This document shows positions 60,685-64,000 of a DNA stretch of 64,000 bases, one piece after another; the stretch's first letter is position 1, and each line of letters opens with the position of its first letter. The stretch covers positions 96,001 to 160,000 of the forward strand of contig CAWJBB010000041.1 in the NCBI GenBank assembly GCA_963840855.1. The letters run 5' to 3'. The position numbers and the translations under genes are program-made. This stretch comes from an uncultured delta proteobacterium. Its GTDB lineage: Bacteria > Desulfobacterota > Binatia > UBA9968. The notes under the pieces are model-generated. The model did not search any database. It saw only the letters and a program-made list of their open reading frames with translations, and had not been told where the DNA came from.

Positions 60685-61754
60685 TTTATTCGATCGTCGC
60701 GGCTATCATAGGACTTGGGGTTTTAATCGTATTCCACGAATTCGGCCACTTCCTGGTCGCCAAGCTGTGTGGCGTGGGCGTGCTGACTTTTTCCGTGGGT
60801 TTCGGACCCAAGCTTCTCGTCAAGAAAAAAGGTGAGACTGAATACGCCTTGAGCGCATTTCCTCTCGGTGGCTACGTCAAGATGGTCGGCGAAGATCCCG
60901 CGGACGAGGTCTCACAAGCTGATGTCCAACGCTCCTTTGCTCATAAGGGACTTCTCCAGCGCGTGGCCATCGTTGGCGCCGGACCGGGGTTCAATCTTTT
61001 GCTCGCGGTTATTCTCCTCATGGTTGTTTTTTTGTTCTACGGTGTTCCTGTCGTTTCGACCCAGATTGGCAGCGTCGAAAAGGGCTCTCCCGCGGAATTG
61101 GGGGGAATCCAAAAGGGCGACCGTATTGTCGCCATCGATGGCCGGAGCGTCGACAGCTGGGAGACGCTTTCCGGCGCGATCAAGGAAAGCCAGGGGAAAC
61201 CCTTAAACGTTCAAGTACGGCGGGGAGCCGAGGAAGTCATGGTCACGGTGGTGCCGCGCAAGAAAGAGGCGCGCAACATTTTCGGCGAGCGGCGCGATGA
61301 GTGGATGATCGGCATTGGCAGCCAAGTGACCATTGAAAAAGGCAACGCCGGTCTGTCCATCGTGAAAGCTTTTACGCAAACCTATGACTACGCCAAGCTA
61401 ACGCTGGTGGCTCTCTATAAAATGGTTACGGGCGAAGTGTCGCCACGCAATCTTGGCGGGCCGATTCTCATAGCTCAAATGGCAGGGCAGCAGGCCCAGG
61501 AAGGATTCGCCAGTTTTTTGGCTTTCGTTGCGGTGTTGAGTATCAATCTTGGTGTACTCAACTTATTGCCCATTCCGGTGCTGGATGGCGGCCATCTATT
61601 GTTTTTTATGGTGGAAGCGGTAATCGGGCGGCCGGTGGCCGTGCGCCACCGCGAAGTCGCCCAACAAGTCGGCATATTTCTTTTGATGCTCCTGATGGTT
61701 TACGCCTTCTATAACGACATCGCGCGTTTCTTTGAAAAACAGGTGGGAGGATGA
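60672..61754 (+). CDS. rseP: RseP intramembrane metalloprotease
   Basis: HEFGH, PDZ domain, NLLPIPVLDGG. Confidence 0.95.
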   Translation: MESVIYSIVAAIIGLGVLIVFHEFGHFLVAKLCGVGVLTFSVGFGPKLLVKKKGETEYALSAFPLGGYVKMVGEDPADEVSQADVQRSFAHKGLLQRVAIVGAGPGFNLLLAVILLMVVFLFYGVPVVSTQIGSVEKGSPAELGGIQKGDRIVAIDGRSVDSWETLSGAIKESQGKPLNVQVRRGAEEVMVTVVPRKKEARNIFGERRDEWMIGIGSQVTIEKGNAGLSIVKAFTQTYDYAKLTLVALYKMVTGEVSPRNLGGPILIAQMAGQQAQEGFASFLAFVAVLSINLGVLNLLPIPVLDGGHLLFFMVEAVIGRPVAVRHREVAQQVGIFLLMLLMVYAFYNDIARFFEKQVGG

Positions 61755-62488
61755 GGCTACTTGGTGTCGACACCTCATCCTCCCATGCCAGTGTGGCCAT
61801 CGTTGAAAATGGCCGGCTTATCAGCGAGAAATGGCATCGCCCCGACGCAGCGATTACCACGAGTACGGCCCGCTCGAGAAATAACCACGCGGCGATTCTC
61901 CTGCCCCTGATTGACTCGGCGCTAGGAGGAGCGGCTCTTACCCTGAGCGATATTTCGGGATTCGCCGTCGCCATCGGTCCCGGCTCTTTTACCGGCCTGC
62001 GTATCGGCTTGAGCACGGTACAGGGCCTTGCGTACGGTTCCGGCATATCCGTTATCGGTGTTTCCACGCTTCATGCCATTGCGGCGCGAATCAATGATTT
62101 TAACGGTATCATTTGCGCCATTTTGGATGCGCGCAAAAAAGAAGTGTACGGGGCGCTTTTTCGCCGGAGCGGCTGCTCTCTCAAGCGGCTCACGGATGAT
62201 GCAGTGGTGTCGTGCGAGAGGCTCGGCGAGCTTCTCCGTGAATTCAATCCTGCGCAACCCATTTTGCTCACCGGCGATGGGACGACCACTTACGGAGAGC
62301 GCCTCGTTGTGTCTCTTGGCGGTCAGGTTCGGGTTTGCCAGAATGAAATTGCGCCGACCGTTGCGGCTGCGGTTGCGCTTCTTGGTGAGGCCCATGTTGC
62401 CCGCGGCGCGGCACTTCCGCAGGCTTCGCTGTCGCCCCATTATGTGCGCCCGGCCGAGGCTGAGTTAGGCTCACGAAAGCCGGCCTAA
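61751..62488 (+). CDS. tsaB: tRNA t6A biosynthesis protein TsaB
   Basis: LGVDTS, GPGSFTGLRIG, DARKKEVY. Confidence 0.93.
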   Translation: MRLLGVDTSSSHASVAIVENGRLISEKWHRPDAAITTSTARSRNNHAAILLPLIDSALGGAALTLSDISGFAVAIGPGSFTGLRIGLSTVQGLAYGSGISVIGVSTLHAIAARINDFNGIICAILDARKKEVYGALFRRSGCSLKRLTDDAVVSCERLGELLREFNPAQPILLTGDGTTTYGERLVVSLGGQVRVCQNEIAPTVAAAVALLGEAHVARGAALPQASLSPHYVRPAEAELGSRKPA

Positions 62489-62517
62489 CTCGTTGAAACT
62501 ATTCCGATAAACCTACG

Positions 62518-62546
62518 TTGACAAAAAAAACATCGTACGTTAAATT
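62518..62546 (+). promoter_or_regulatory. Sigma-70 promoter for DUF465-ilvB
   Basis: TTGACA-N17-TAAATT. Confidence 0.6.
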
Positions 62547-62597
62547 AAGCCCTCGCGAAAAAATCTTTAGCAAATTAGAAATAGGAGGCTGACCCCT

Positions 62598-62834
62598 ATG
62601 GAACATAGAGAAGAGCAGGCGATCGTCTCCCTTTTGGACAAGGACCAGGAGCTGAAAAGATTTTACGATGAGCACCAGGAGTTGGAAAAGCAATTGGCTG
62701 TCTTTCAACGCAAACACCATTTATCACCTGAAGAAGAAATAGAAATGAAAAGAATTCAGAAACTCAAACTCGTGGGCAAAGACAAGATCATGGAGATACT
62801 GGGCAAGCATCGGCAGAACGGCGACATCAAATAG
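62598..62834 (+). CDS. DUF465 (YdcH-like) coiled-coil protein
   Basis: EH..LE..L ... KLKL.GKD pattern; AGGAGG RBS. Confidence 0.75.
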   Translation: MEHREEQAIVSLLDKDQELKRFYDEHQELEKQLAVFQRKHHLSPEEEIEMKRIQKLKLVGKDKIMEILGKHRQNGDIK

Positions 62835-62842
62835 GGGCAGCC

Positions 62843-64000
62843 ATGAAAAAGACCGGCGCTGAGATATTTTGTGAATCGCTAAGGCATGAAGGCGTTAAGA
62901 CCGTCTTTGGACTGCCCGGCGGCGTCGTTCTAAAAATCTTTGACGTTCTCTGCCAGCAAAAAGACATCGAACTAGTCCTGACCCGCCATGAGCAAGGGGC
63001 GGCCCATATGGCCGAAGGTTATGCCAAAGCAACCGGCAACCCTGGGGTGGTGTTGGTGACGTCCGGGCCAGGGATGACCAACATAGTGACCGGACTTGCC
63101 GACGCTTATATGGATTCCGTGCCGCTGGTCGCATTTACCGGCCAAGTGTCCACCGACTTGATTGGTAACGACGCGTTTCAAGAAGCAGACAATGTCGGCA
63201 TCAGCCGGCCCTGTACGAAACATAACGTGCTGGTCAAGGACGTGAACGAACTGGCGCAGATTATCAAAGAGGCTTTTTATATCGCCACCAGCGGGCGCCC
63301 GGGGCCGGTACTCGTGGATATTCCCAAAGACGTGAGCATGGCGAAGACGGATTTTAAATATCCGGATAAGGTTAACTTGCGCGGCTATAACCCGACGGTG
63401 GTGGGGAATAAAATTCAAATACGCCAGGCCGCGGAAGAAATAATGAAGGCCAGAAAGCCGATCATTTATGTCGGCGGCGGGGCGGTTTTTTCCGATGCCG
63501 CGGATGAGGTGCGCGAGCTGGCCGAGCTTACGCAGATACCCGTAACCATGACGCTAATGGGACTGGGGAGTTTTCCTGGCACCCACCCTTTGTCGTTGGG
63601 CATGCTCGGCATGCATGGCGCCTACTGCACGAATATGGCGATGCACCACGCCGACTTGTTAATCGCCGTCGGCGCCCGTTTCGATGACCGGGTCACCGGC
63701 AAGCTCTCGGCTTTTTGTCCCGAGGCCCGGGTGATTCACATTGACATCGATCCGACTTCGATCAAGAAAACCTTTCATGCCCATATTCCAATCGTCGGCG
63801 ACGTCAAAACGGTTCTGCGACAGATCAACGTTATCCTGCGCTCCATGGACGGCAACGCTGCCGAAACGAAAGCGCTTAGAAGCCCATGGCTGAAGCAAAT
63901 CAATACATGGCAGACGACGCATCCGTTGACTTACAAACAGGACGACAAGGTCATCAAGCCGCAATACGTGGTGCAAAAACTATACGAACTGACCAAGCAT
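62843..64000 (+). CDS. ilvB: Acetolactate synthase large subunit, 3' end outside window
   Basis: FGLPGG, RHEQGAAHMAEGY, TSGPG, MLGMHG, GARFDDRVTG. Confidence 0.95.
   Translation, partial: MKKTGAEIFCESLRHEGVKTVFGLPGGVVLKIFDVLCQQKDIELVLTRHEQGAAHMAEGYAKATGNPGVVLVTSGPGMTNIVTGLADAYMDSVPLVAFTGQVSTDLIGNDAFQEADNVGISRPCTKHNVLVKDVNELAQIIKEAFYIATSGRPGPVLVDIPKDVSMAKTDFKYPDKVNLRGYNPTVVGNKIQIRQAAEEIMKARKPIIYVGGGAVFSDAADEVRELAELTQIPVTMTLMGLGSFPGTHPLSLGMLGMHGAYCTNMAMHHADLLIAVGARFDDRVTGKLSAFCPEARVIHIDIDPTSIKKTFHAHIPIVGDVKTVLRQINVILRSMDGNAAETKALRSPWLKQINTWQTTHPLTYKQDDKVIKPQYVVQKLYELTKH

Noticed and set aside
62462-62491. GAGTTAGGC...GCCTAACTC hairpin resembling attC boxes
   Set aside because: Boxes are in reverse order, the site is too short and lies within the tsaB 3' end; more likely an ordinary hairpin

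Overview
GC-rich bacterial chromosome segment. Gene style suggests a Deltaproteobacteria/Binatia-like organism (inference from many orphan solute-binding proteins and the prkA-yeaH-spoVR and rpsB-tsf-pyrH-frr-uppS-cdsA-dxr-rseP-tsaB-ilvB blocks). Left (1-29.2 kb): metabolic, transport and regulatory genes. Right (44.8-64 kb): beta-CASP hydrolase, CopA, an ABC importer, rho and the core translation/isoprenoid cluster. Between them (about 29.27-44.71 kb) is a 15-kb accessory locus around tRNA-Ser(TGA). It holds one intact tRNA, one full-length copy with a damaged acceptor stem, one 5' stub, two 3' fragments and three copies of the tRNA promoter. It also holds two tandem islets that share conserved left (226 bp) and right (about 165 bp) arms, a thrice-repeated Cys-rich micro-ORF, attC-like sites behind some cargo genes, an ISL3 and two tandem IS5-like elements. 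No integrase is encoded in the window. About ten single-base frameshifts suggest long-read or assembly indels. All calls are from motif recognition by eye; no database searches were run.
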